Shown one piece after another: positions 8,420-16,682 of a stretch of 64,000 nt of DNA; the stretch's first letter is position 1, and every line of letters starts with the position of its first letter. Under the pieces are notes generated by a model. That model was not told the DNA's origin, did not search any database, and saw only the letters and a list, made by a program, of their open reading frames with translations. A program made the translations under genes and the position numbers. The stretch comes from Bacteroidaceae bacterium. GTDB lineage: Bacteria; Bacteroidota; Bacteroidia; Bacteroidales; Bacteroidaceae. The stretch spans positions 33,410 through 97,409 of the forward strand of contig JAGCYD010000076.1 in NCBI GenBank assembly GCA_017960985.1, read 5' to 3'.

Positions 8420-9484
8420 ATGGAATTAGACCTTCAACCATTAAACCTACCCAGCGACCTGAAACGCCCTATTGTGATAGCAGGTCCCTGTTCCGCTGAA
8501 ACGGAAGAACAAGTCATGACAACAGCCCATCAGTTGGCAGATAAAGGCTGCCACATGTTTCGTGCTGGAGTATGGAAACCACGCACCAAACCAGGAGGTT
8601 TCGAGGGACACGGAGAGCCTGCATTACCTTGGTTGCAGCGTGTGAAAGAGGAAACTGGCATGCTGACTGCCATCGAGGTGGCAAAACCTGAGCATGTGGA
8701 ATTAGCCCTCAAATACGGTATCGACATATTGTGGATTGGTGCACGAACCACGGTAAACCCCTTTGCCGTACAGGAGATTGCCAACAGTCTGAAGGGCGTA
8801 GATATCCCCGTATTGGTAAAAAATCCCGTCAGCCCCGACCTTGAGTTGTGGATTGGCGCCCTACTTCGCATCAACGGAGCTGGTATCAAACGACTGGGAG
8901 CCATACATCGTGGATTCTCAAGCATTGACCAGAAGATGTACCGTAACACACCTATGTGGCATCTTCCCATCGAGTTGCGTCGTCGCTGTCCTAACCTCCC
9001 CATCATTTGCGACCCCAGTCATATCGGTGGCCGTCGCGATTTGATTGCCCCACTTTGTCAGCAGGCTATGGATATGGGATTCGACGGACTGATCGTGGAA
9101 AGCCATTGCAACCCCGACGAGGCTTGGAGTGATGCCTCACAACAGGTACTTCCCGATGTGCTTGATTTCATTATAGACAAACTCGTCATCCGCGATAATG
9201 CCGAAATGACCGAATCTTTGGCCAGTCTTCGTAAGCAGATTGACGAGATGGACAACGAACTGATGAACCTCCTTACCAAGCGTATGCGTATCTCCCGCGA
9301 GATAGCATCCTATAAGAAGGAACACAATATGGCAGTTGTTCAGGCCATCCGTTACAACGAGATATTGGACAAGCGTGGAGCACAGGGAGCCCTCTGTGGT
9401 ATGGCTTCCGACTTTGTACGCCGTGTTTATGAGGCCATACATGAGGAGAGTGTGCGCCAGCAGATGGAAATCATAAATAAGTAA
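8420..9484 (+). CDS. Bifunctional 3-deoxy-7-phosphoheptulonate (DAHP) synthase type I-beta / chorismate mutase
   Basis: KPRTKPGGFEG, GARTT and DPSH blocks of the DAHPS/KDO8PS fold. C-terminal AroQ-type CM helix LRKQIDEMDNELMNLLTKRMRISREI. Confidence 0.85.
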   Translation: MELDLQPLNLPSDLKRPIVIAGPCSAETEEQVMTTAHQLADKGCHMFRAGVWKPRTKPGGFEGHGEPALPWLQRVKEETGMLTAIEVAKPEHVELALKYGIDILWIGARTTVNPFAVQEIANSLKGVDIPVLVKNPVSPDLELWIGALLRINGAGIKRLGAIHRGFSSIDQKMYRNTPMWHLPIELRRRCPNLPIICDPSHIGGRRDLIAPLCQQAMDMGFDGLIVESHCNPDEAWSDASQQVLPDVLDFIIDKLVIRDNAEMTESLASLRKQIDEMDNELMNLLTKRMRISREIASYKKEHNMAVVQAIRYNEILDKRGAQGALCGMASDFVRRVYEAIHEESVRQQMEIINK

Positions 9485-9488
9485 GACG

Positions 9489-10262
9489 ATGAAGATACTG
9501 ATATTAGGTGCAGGCAAGATGGGCAGTTTCTTTGCCGATGTGCTCAGTTTCGACCATGAGACAGCCGTATATGAGACTGACCCCAAGCGTATGCGTTTCC
9601 TGTACAACACCCTACGCTTCACCTCGATGGAGGAAATACGCGATTTCCAACCAGACTTGGTTATCAACTGCGTCACCCTAAAATATACCTTGCAGGTATT
9701 CGAGCAGGTCATCCCCTATCTGGGTAAGGATTGCATCATCAGTGATATTGCCAGCGTGAAGACAGGACTGAAGGAGTTTTATGAGAATACAGGCATGCAT
9801 TATGTCAGCACACACCCTATGTTCGGTCCTACCTTTGCTAATCTGGGGGCACTCAGTACGGAGAATGCCATTGTCATCAAGGAAGGCGATTATCTAGGAA
9901 GGGTGTTCTTCCTCGACCTATACCGTCGTTTGGGACTGAATGTACACGAATACACCTTCGAGGAACACGACGAGGCTATGGCCTACTCGCTGTCCGTTCC
10001 CTTTGTCAGCACCTTTGTATTCTCGGCCGTAATGAAGCATCAGGATGCACCTGGAACCACCTTCAAGCGCCATCTGAAGATAGCCCGTGGGGTGTTGAGC
10101 GAGGACGATACGCTATTGCGCGAAATACTCTTCAATCCCCGTACCAAATCACATGTGGAGGGCATACGAGCTGAGTTGAAGGAACTCATACAGATTATCG
10201 ACGACCGCAACGAAGAGGCACTCAATCAGTACCTGACTAAGATTCGCAAGAACATCAAATAA
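9489..10262 (+). CDS. tyrA: Prephenate dehydrogenase
   Basis: Rossmann N-terminus ILILGAGKMGSFFA and the HPMFGP motif. Last gene of the operon. Confidence 0.85.
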   Translation: MKILILGAGKMGSFFADVLSFDHETAVYETDPKRMRFLYNTLRFTSMEEIRDFQPDLVINCVTLKYTLQVFEQVIPYLGKDCIISDIASVKTGLKEFYENTGMHYVSTHPMFGPTFANLGALSTENAIVIKEGDYLGRVFFLDLYRRLGLNVHEYTFEEHDEAMAYSLSVPFVSTFVFSAVMKHQDAPGTTFKRHLKIARGVLSEDDTLLREILFNPRTKSHVEGIRAELKELIQIIDDRNEEALNQYLTKIRKNIK

Positions 10263-10265
10263 AGA

Positions 10266-10295
10266 AAAAGGGAGCAGTTAATTGCTCCCTTTCTT
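10266..10295. terminator. Bidirectional terminator between tyrA and the HU-LysM gene
   Basis: AAGGGAGCA (10268-10276) pairs with TGCTCCCTT (10283-10291). Flanked by an A-run on the left and a T-rich tract on the right, between convergent genes. Confidence 0.6.
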
Positions 10296-10296
10296 A

Positions 10297-11349
10297 TTAC
10301 TCACCCCTCTTCACCAGTTCAGGTATCTTCACTTCCGCCCCGACATAGATATAACTGGGGTCTTTGAAGTGGTTGTACTTGATGATGTAACTTACCAAGG
10401 TCTTGTCGTCATAGTATTTCTGTACCAGTTTCGAGAAGTCATCACCCTTTTCGATAACATGGGTGGCCTTCGTACCTACTATCCAGTAATCGCCATTCTC
10501 GAACTGAGGATTCTGTGCGATAAGTTCCTCTAAGTTCTGCACAGGCTTCTCTTCCTTCGCCTCTTCTGCCTGTACCTCAACGGAATCCTCCGCCACCTCC
10601 TCTACAGCCGTAGTGTCTGGTTCCTCAACCTGCTCTACGACAGTTTCCTGTACGGGCTCTGCTTGGGGCAGATTCAGATAACCCTTTTCGTATAGGACAT
10701 AAGCCACAACGGCAAGGACAATAAGCAACAGAAGTATCCAGAAGAACCACTTCCAGCACGAGCCACCCTTTCCTTCGGGCTTCTTCTCCTCCGTCTTCGT
10801 TTTCGTTTTGGTCTTCGTTCTTTTAGTTGCTTCGCTTGGTAAAAGCGCCTCTTCGGGTCGAGCGTCCGTTCCCGTCCCCGTTTCCGTTTCTACTACGGGC
10901 GTCGGCTCTGCCTTGGGCTCTTCCTCTTTTACTTCTTCCTTCACCTCTTTCTTCGCCTCTGCTTTCTCGCTTGCCGACAGGAATGGAGCCGTCAGGGCTT
11001 CCATATCCTCCGTCTTCGTATCGTCATTCAGCACGACGGTTTCGAAATCGGCAAAGGGACGGTTCACACGGTCACGCAGCGTGGTATCAGGTGTGAAAGT
11101 AATCTTGGTATGACTGTCGATGGTGATTCGTTCACCCGTATTCACATTGATGCTCTCCCGACTATCTACGGTAATCATCTTGAAGGTACCCAGTCCCTTG
11201 ACCTTCACCAACTGGTCGGTTAAAAGATTCTGTCCGATGATGTCAAACACATTGCGAACAAAAGCATCTGCATCCTTCTTAGAGATAGACTTACGGCGGG
11301 CAAGTCCATCAGCCAAATCCTGAAGAAACAACTTATCCATAGCCATCAA
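10297..11349 (-). CDS. HU-domain protein with a low-complexity linker, one TM helix and a C-terminal LysM-like domain
   Basis: N-terminal HU/IHF fold (KVKGLGTFKMITVDSRESINVNTGERITI). E/K/T-rich linker (KTKTKTKTEEKK). TM helix WKWFFWILLLLIVLAVVAYVLY. C-terminal HVIEKGDDFSKLVQKYY..VGAEVKIP. Confidence 0.7.
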   Translation of the reverse strand: MMAMDKLFLQDLADGLARRKSISKKDADAFVRNVFDIIGQNLLTDQLVKVKGLGTFKMITVDSRESINVNTGERITIDSHTKITFTPDTTLRDRVNRPFADFETVVLNDDTKTEDMEALTAPFLSASEKAEAKKEVKEEVKEEEPKAEPTPVVETETGTGTDARPEEALLPSEATKRTKTKTKTKTEEKKPEGKGGSCWKWFFWILLLLIVLAVVAYVLYEKGYLNLPQAEPVQETVVEQVEEPDTTAVEEVAEDSVEVQAEEAKEEKPVQNLEELIAQNPQFENGDYWIVGTKATHVIEKGDDFSKLVQKYYDDKTLVSYIIKYNHFKDPSYIYVGAEVKIPELVKRGE

Positions 11350-11615
11350 ATCTTATCTTTAAGGGTTGAACTGGGTTTGAAACTGAGCACCATCTTTGGG
11401 GGCACCAGCATACGCTGTTTGGTGGAGGGGTTGATAACCACACGCTCCAATTTCTTCTTCACTTCGAAATTGCCGAATCCCATGATAGAGATTCCGTTTT
11501 CTTCTTCAAACTGAGCCGTCATTTCAGCGATAAGCCCAGCCATGAGCGCCGTAGTATCCTTTACGGAAGTACCATTCCTACGGGCCAACTCATTGATAAA
11601 TTCCTTGTTATTCAT
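11346..11615 (-). CDS. HU family DNA-binding protein
   Basis: 89 aa with a canonical HU layout (MNNKEFINELA.., GFGNFEVKKK.ER..INPSTKQ). A 4-nt overlap couples it to the downstream HU-LysM gene. Confidence 0.9.
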   Translation of the reverse strand: MNNKEFINELARRNGTSVKDTTALMAGLIAEMTAQFEEENGISIMGFGNFEVKKKLERVVINPSTKQRMLVPPKMVLSFKPSSTLKDKI

Positions 11616-12927
11616 GTGTATTATATGATTGGATTATATGTGCATACAAATCAAAGTCCTCTGCCGAATCTATCTGGCAACAATGGAAACATCCCACCTT
11701 TGCCTGTGGGTTCTCCGATACGGGAATCAACACCTCGGGGTCAACCTCAGGGGAATCATATTCGGTTCTGCCCACAAAGTATTCCCCTTCCCTGCGGTCA
11801 ATCATCACCCTCAACTCCTTTCCTATCTTATCGGCCTGTACATCAGCCGAAATCCCCTGTTGTATTCGCATCAGTTTGCTCAGTCTGGCCTGTTTCGTCT
11901 CCTCGGGGACATCGTCCTTATGGTGTTGGGCGCTATATGTACCTGCCTCCTCACTATAGGCAAAGGCACCCATCCGTTCGAATCTTGCCCACTTCACGAA
12001 CTCACAGAGTTCAGCAAAATCCTCTTCCGTTTCGCCCGGATAGCCCACCATTAGGGTTGTCCTGAGGTGTATGCCAGGCACTTCCTTACGAATATTCTCT
12101 ATCAGGCGGTAAGTCTCTTCCTTGGTGATATTCCTCCGCATATCCGAAAGAATATCGTCGGAAATGTGCTGCAGGGCAATATCGAGGTATTTGCAGACAT
12201 TCGGCCTGCGGTTCATCACACGCAGCAAATCCATCGGGAAGTCCGTTGGGTAGGCATAGTGCAACCGAATCCACTCCACGCCCTCAATATCCGCCATCTG
12301 CTCCACCAATTCAGCAATCCTACACTCGTGGTACAGGTCAAGACCATGATAAGTCAGTTCCTGTGCAATCACCTGGAACTCCTTCACACCCTTCGATACC
12401 AAATACCTAACCTCCTCCAGAATATCCTCCATCGGACGGCTCTTATGGTGACCCGTCATCAGGGGTATGGCACAATAACTGCAATGGCGATTACACCCCT
12501 CCGAAATCTTCACATAGGCATAATGTCCCGGTGTTGTCAACCTTCTGTGGTGGCGCAAATCCTCTTGCCAGTTGTTGCCCAAATCCTCAAGCAGCAGATT
12601 CCAGTCGAACTTACCGTAGAACTTATCCACCTCAGGAATCTCCTGCTTTAGTTCATTTAGAAAACGCTGTGAGAGGCAACCCATTACAAAAAGTCGTTGA
12701 AGTTTTCCATCAACCTTCCGCTGCGCCAGTTTCAATATGGTATTGATGCTTTCTTCCTGTGCGTCGGCAATAAATCCGCAGGTGTTTACGACGGCAATAT
12801 CCCCCTTAGGTTCTTCGGCATCGTGTGTCACACTATACCCCGCAGCCTCCAACTGCGCGATAAGATGTTCCGAATCCACAAGATTCTTCGAACAGCCCAG
12901 TGTGATGATGTCTATAGACCTTGGCAT
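11608..12927 (-). CDS. rimO: Ribosomal protein S12 methylthiotransferase RimO
   Basis: MTTase N-terminal domain (ITLGCSKNLVDSE), radical-SAM motif CNRHCSYCAIP, and a C-terminal TRAM region. Confidence 0.9.
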   Translation of the reverse strand: MPRSIDIITLGCSKNLVDSEHLIAQLEAAGYSVTHDAEEPKGDIAVVNTCGFIADAQEESINTILKLAQRKVDGKLQRLFVMGCLSQRFLNELKQEIPEVDKFYGKFDWNLLLEDLGNNWQEDLRHHRRLTTPGHYAYVKISEGCNRHCSYCAIPLMTGHHKSRPMEDILEEVRYLVSKGVKEFQVIAQELTYHGLDLYHECRIAELVEQMADIEGVEWIRLHYAYPTDFPMDLLRVMNRRPNVCKYLDIALQHISDDILSDMRRNITKEETYRLIENIRKEVPGIHLRTTLMVGYPGETEEDFAELCEFVKWARFERMGAFAYSEEAGTYSAQHHKDDVPEETKQARLSKLMRIQQGISADVQADKIGKELRVMIDRREGEYFVGRTEYDSPEVDPEVLIPVSENPQAKVGCFHCCQIDSAEDFDLYAHIIQSYNTHE

Positions 12928-12937
12928 CCCCCTCTCG

Positions 12938-13900
12938 CTACTTAAACAATGAATTCACAAAATCCAGACGGTTGAAGGGCTGCAAGTCCTCCATACCCTC
13001 TCCCAATCCGATGTAGCGGACGGGAATCTTAAACTGGTCGCTGATGCCGATTACCACGCCACCCTTGGCCGTACCATCCAGTTTGGTGATAGCCATCGAG
13101 GTCACATCCGTAGCAGCCGTAAACTGTTTGGCCTGTTCAAAGGCATTCTGTCCCGTACTACCGTCCAGAACCAGCATCACATCGTGGGGAGCATCGGGCA
13201 CCACCTTCTGCATCACGCGCTTTATCTTGGACAATTCGTCCATCAGTCCCTTCTTATTGTGCAAACGGCCTGCCGTATCAATCAGCACCACATCAGCGCC
13301 CTGTGCTACGGCACTCTGCAAGGTATCGAAAGCAACGCCGGCAGGGTCACTCCCCATCTGTTGTTTGACGACGGGAACATCTACCCTTTCGCCCCATATC
13401 ACAATCTGTTCAACGGCAGCAGCACGGAATGTATCGGCAGCACCCAACACCACCTTCAGACCCGCCTGTTTGAACTGATAGGCCAGTTTACCGATGGTTG
13501 TGGTCTTACCCACACCATTCACACCCACCACCATGACAACATAAGGCTTCTTGTCCGTAGGAATCTGGAAACCTTCCGTGTCCGTCGTATTGTTTTCGGT
13601 CAGCAAAGCCGCAATTTCCTCACGGAGAATGCCGTTCAGTTCCTCGGTGGACACATATTTGTCGCGAGCCACCCTCTCCTCTATCCGTCGGATGATGTTC
13701 AGGGTTGTATCCACACCCACATCACTGGTGACAAGCACCTCCTCCAGGTCGTCCAACACATCATCATCCACCTTCGATTTACCAGCCACGGCACGGGCCA
13801 ACTTACCGAGGAAACTCTCCTTGGTCTTCTCCAGTCCCTTGTCCAGCGTTTCGGCTTTTTCCTCCTTACTCTTGGAGGAGAATATGTTAAAGAATGCCAT
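12938..13900 (-). CDS. ftsY: Signal recognition particle receptor FtsY
   Basis: SRP GTPase motifs GVNGVGKTTTIGKLA, DTAGR and TKLDG. Confidence 0.95.
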   Translation of the reverse strand: MAFFNIFSSKSKEEKAETLDKGLEKTKESFLGKLARAVAGKSKVDDDVLDDLEEVLVTSDVGVDTTLNIIRRIEERVARDKYVSTEELNGILREEIAALLTENNTTDTEGFQIPTDKKPYVVMVVGVNGVGKTTTIGKLAYQFKQAGLKVVLGAADTFRAAAVEQIVIWGERVDVPVVKQQMGSDPAGVAFDTLQSAVAQGADVVLIDTAGRLHNKKGLMDELSKIKRVMQKVVPDAPHDVMLVLDGSTGQNAFEQAKQFTAATDVTSMAITKLDGTAKGGVVIGISDQFKIPVRYIGLGEGMEDLQPFNRLDFVNSLFK

Positions 13901-13930
13901 ATACCAACAGTTTAGAGTGCAAATTTATGT

Positions 13931-13938
13931 AAAAAGAA
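13931..13938 (-). promoter_or_regulatory. -7 box for ftsY
   Basis: The minus strand reads TAaaTTTG, 31 nt upstream of the ftsY ATG. Confidence 0.4.
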
Positions 13939-13983
13939 GAAGAATAAAAAATTAACAGGCGAAAAAACGCGATGAAAACGCAC

Positions 13984-14018
13984 AAAAAAGCGTACCCACA
14001 CACGAGGCATGGGTACGC
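13984..14018 (-). terminator. Terminator of the rpmB-rpmG-DUF4295 operon
   Basis: GCGTACCCA (13990-13998) pairs with TGGGTACGC (14010-14018). On the minus strand the hairpin is followed by TTTTTT (13984-13989). Confidence 0.7.
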
Positions 14019-14040
14019 AATATCAGAGATATAAAAACAA

Positions 14041-14199
14041 TTAGTTCTTAAAGAAATCCTTTACGGCTTCGTTGGGAACCATCTGCTCATCGAAGATGTA
14101 GGCACCCGTCTTAGGTGACTTCACCATCTTGATAACTTTTGTGTAGCTACGGCCATCATTCTTGCCAGTCTGCAAGGTGGCCACGGTTTTCTTTGCCAT
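14041..14199 (-). CDS. DUF4295 small protein (not on the ORF track, which appears to list only ORFs of 60 aa or more)
   Basis: My translation is MAKKTVATLQTGKNDGRSYTKVIKMVKSPKTGAYIFDEQMVPNEAVKDFFKN. This is the conserved Bacteroidota small gene found directly after rpmG. Confidence 0.75.
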   Translation of the reverse strand: MAKKTVATLQTGKNDGRSYTKVIKMVKSPKTGAYIFDEQMVPNEAVKDFFKN

Positions 14200-14202
14200 A
14201 GT

Positions 14203-14391
14203 TTACTTGATTTCCTTGTGAATAGTCATCTTTTTCAAGATGGGGTTGTACTTCTTCAACTCCAGACGCTCGGGAGTGTTCTTACGATTCTTCGTAGTGA
14301 TATAGCGGCTTGTGCCGGGCATACCACTGGCCTTGTGTTCGGTACATTCCAGGATAACCTGAACTCTGTTGCCTTTCGCTTTCTTTGCCAT
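14203..14391 (-). CDS. rpmG: 50S ribosomal protein L33
   Basis: 62 aa: [42 protein letters not shown]. Confidence 0.95.
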   Translation of the reverse strand: MAKKAKGNRVQVILECTEHKASGMPGTSRYITTKNRKNTPERLELKKYNPILKKMTIHKEIK

Positions 14392-14412
14392 AATTCTGAT
14401 TCTCCTTTCTTT

Positions 14413-14673
14413 TTAACCGATAACTTTAATTTCACTCCAGTCGCAGAATCCCTTGCTCACAGCCTGTGTGAGAGCGGCATCCAGACCAACCTTGTTAATC
14501 ATACGCAGGCCAGCAGCACTAACACGCAACTGAATCCAGCAGTCCTGCTCTACATAATAGAACTTCTTGTAGAACAGATTGACATCGAAGGAACGCTTCG
14601 TGCGACGCTTAGAGTGGCTCACATTGTTGCCAATCATGGCCTTTTTACCTGTAATTTGACAGATCTTAGACAT
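14413..14673 (-). CDS. rpmB: 50S ribosomal protein L28
   Basis: 86 aa: [29 protein letters not shown]. Confidence 0.95.
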   Translation of the reverse strand: MSKICQITGKKAMIGNNVSHSKRRTKRSFDVNLFYKKFYYVEQDCWIQLRVSAAGLRMINKVGLDAALTQAVSKGFCDWSEIKVIG

Positions 14674-14718
14674 TTCTTTTCTTCTTTGCTATTCCAATAG
14701 CTCTTTCCAAACGGCTGC

Positions 14719-14840
14719 AAAGGTACGAATAAGTGAGCAAAATACCAAATGTTTTTGAGTATTTTCGAACGGGAGTACCTAAAACCATAGGTTAAAGGTA
14801 CGAATAAGTGAGCAAAATACCAAATGTTTTTGAGTATTTT
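14719..14840 (-). repeat. Two identical 47-bp direct repeats (14719-14765 and 14794-14840), each carrying promoter-like boxes on the minus strand
   Basis: aaaggtacgaataagtgagcaaaataccaaatgtttttgagtatttt occurs twice, 28 bp apart. On the minus strand each copy reads ..cATTTGgtattttgctcacttattcgTAccTTT(g/a). The proximal copy completes TAccTTTG at 14718-14725. Confidence 0.8.
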
Positions 14841-16135
14841 TATTTAGCAATCATCTTCTTCCCGTCCTTAATATAGATTCCCCTCGTTGGCTTCGTTACT
14901 TGTCGGCCGCTTAGGTCATAGACTGCGCCATCTGTTTTATCTGCCTCAATATCGGTCACGGGAGTTCCATCCGTCACCGTGATAGCGCAATATGCTATAA
15001 AGCCACCATCCACGGTTGTTGCCATGACCAATGTCGTACCATACCCCGTTGCTATGACAAGTCCATTTGTCACGAAACATATCGATTCATTAAAACTCTT
15101 CCATGTTACCTCCTTATTAGTAGCATTATGTGGAGATACAGTTGGCTCCAACTGAACGGTTTTTCCTACGCCTTCCAAAGTATAGGTTTCATGGTTCAAG
15201 GCAATGCTAGAAACAGGTTGTATGACAGTTATTTCACATGTGGTAAGAATACCACTTCCATCTGTGGAAGAAGCCGTAATCGTAACTAATCCTTGTGCGA
15301 CAGCCGTCACTATTCCATTAGCATCCACTGTTGCTATTTTCTCGTCGCTACTACTCCATGTCAGCATCTTGTTCATAGCATTTTCCGGAAAAACATTAGC
15401 TTCTATTTGAATGTTGTTGCCAATTCCCTGCAACAAATATTCACTATAATTTAGTACAATACTCGTCACATAAATCATAGCGCAGACTGGACGCACACTA
15501 CAACCACGATAGCGTAATGAATTATCATCATCAGATAATCCACCAAGATCTAAACCAAAAAATACATTGTGTGCATAACTTGGTCTTGCAGAACGCAATG
15601 TTGACGACCAATAGATACCACGGCCATCATCCCCCCTTGATGTATTAACATGTTGCCCTGCAGTTGGCAAGAAAATAGTATTCCCATTCGTTTTACTTTT
15701 TACAAGATAACCATCAACCCCATTTAAATCTGAATGTATCCATTCGCATTGTGATCGTAATTCATTAAGTTGCTCTAAACTAGGCACATGCCATTCGCCG
15801 CCCCAATTTATATTTGCAGCATCATCAGAAAGTTCTAATGTTGTTTTATTGTCTACTTTCCCATAAGAACTATTTGTACAATACTTTTTCATTGAGGAAC
15901 TTGATCCATTGCTAAGCTTATATGTATTCCATGAATAATCATCCTTTGGTGCAGTCTCGCCCCAGGCAAAGTAATCGCCATACTCTTGTGGCGCATTGGC
16001 ACCTACATTACAGGTAGCCCAAAGCGTTCCAGAGGGAAGACCTAAATCCACATACTCGTGCTCGTCGGCACATACCACACTTGCAGCCACACTCATGAGC
16101 ATGACCAACATAATCTTCAATGTTTTTTGTCTCAT
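14840..16135 (-). CDS. Secreted T9SS cargo protein: FISUMP/DUF1566-like N-terminal domain, two Big_2 Ig-like domains, and a T9SS C-terminal sorting domain
   Basis: Signal peptide. DYFAWGE..NINWGGEWHVPSLEQLNEL block. Two Big_2-like repeats (IATVDANGIVTAVAQGLVTITA and ICFVTNGLVIATGYGTTLVMA). C-terminal VYDLSGRQV..GIYIKDGKKMIAK. AT-rich: I counted 35% G+C in one 60-nt line. Confidence 0.75.
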   Translation of the reverse strand: MRQKTLKIMLVMLMSVAASVVCADEHEYVDLGLPSGTLWATCNVGANAPQEYGDYFAWGETAPKDDYSWNTYKLSNGSSSSMKKYCTNSSYGKVDNKTTLELSDDAANINWGGEWHVPSLEQLNELRSQCEWIHSDLNGVDGYLVKSKTNGNTIFLPTAGQHVNTSRGDDGRGIYWSSTLRSARPSYAHNVFFGLDLGGLSDDDNSLRYRGCSVRPVCAMIYVTSIVLNYSEYLLQGIGNNIQIEANVFPENAMNKMLTWSSSDEKIATVDANGIVTAVAQGLVTITASSTDGSGILTTCEITVIQPVSSIALNHETYTLEGVGKTVQLEPTVSPHNATNKEVTWKSFNESICFVTNGLVIATGYGTTLVMATTVDGGFIAYCAITVTDGTPVTDIEADKTDGAVYDLSGRQVTKPTRGIYIKDGKKMIAK

Positions 16136-16369
16136 TTTCTTGTTTATTTAAGGGTTAAACATAAAGTTCGTCTATGCACATAAGAAAGGCGTACGTTTGT
16201 ACTTATTACCTATCTGAGGCCTTAGGAAGCCCTTGCATCTGTAATAAGCACAACTCACGCCTTCTGCATATACGCTACACCCTCACGGGTAACCATACAA
16301 GCATAGACGCGAGCGATTACTGCCTATTATCCTCGATGCAATGAAATTTCCTAAGTTTCAGATAAGGAT

Positions 16370-16585
16370 ATATGTGCAAGAAAAACAAGGGAAATCTATA
16401 CCCTATCAAATCAACACTGATGATTTGCAAAATCAACGGCAATGATTTTGCAATTTAATACTAATGATTTTCGAAATCAACGGTGTTGATTTTTCAAAGA
16501 GACAATATTGATTTTTGAGGGTATAACTATACCCCGAATTGAGCATACGGTACTCAGTGGAAAATTGCTTACTGCAAATTCAAAA
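16370..16585. repeat. Copy A of a dispersed, palindrome-dense element of about 215 bp
   Basis: Aligns along its whole length, by eye at high identity, with 62275-62490 in the same orientation. Contains 19-21-bp palindromes built from AAATCA/TGATTT arms at 16407-16427, 16429-16449 and 16474-16492, short hairpins at 16421-16435 and 16465-16479, and an outer imperfect inverted repeat (16401-16414 with 16508-16521). Confidence 0.85.
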
Positions 16586-16644
16586 ATCACAATAAGCAAA
16601 TTGACGATTTGCAAGCTTCAAATTCACAATTTGCAATAAGCAAT
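16560..16644 (-). terminator. Long-hairpin candidate terminator after the pyruvyl transferase gene
   Basis: ATTGCTTACTGCAAATT (16564-16580) pairs with AATTTGCAATAAGCAAT (16628-16644), a 17-bp stem with one mismatch. The loop holds an inner hairpin GCAAAT..ATTTGC. On the minus strand it is followed by TTTT. Confidence 0.4.
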
Positions 16645-16682
16645 GAAACGGGCTGTAGGTATTAAGGTCAGAAAGGGAGTCG

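Noticed and set aside
15621-15640. A C6/G6 homopolymer inside the FISUMP/Big_2 cargo gene as a slipped-strand phase-variation tract
   Set aside because: The run is only six residues long. That is too short to argue for phase variation without population sequencing data.
16401-16521. Reading the 215-bp element as a classical invertible promoter (inverton)
   Set aside because: The outer inverted repeat matches at only 11 of 14 positions. I could not find a convincing TAnnTTTG box inside the segment in either orientation, and no recombinase gene is nearby. I kept it as one testable alternative in the finding but do not call it an inverton.
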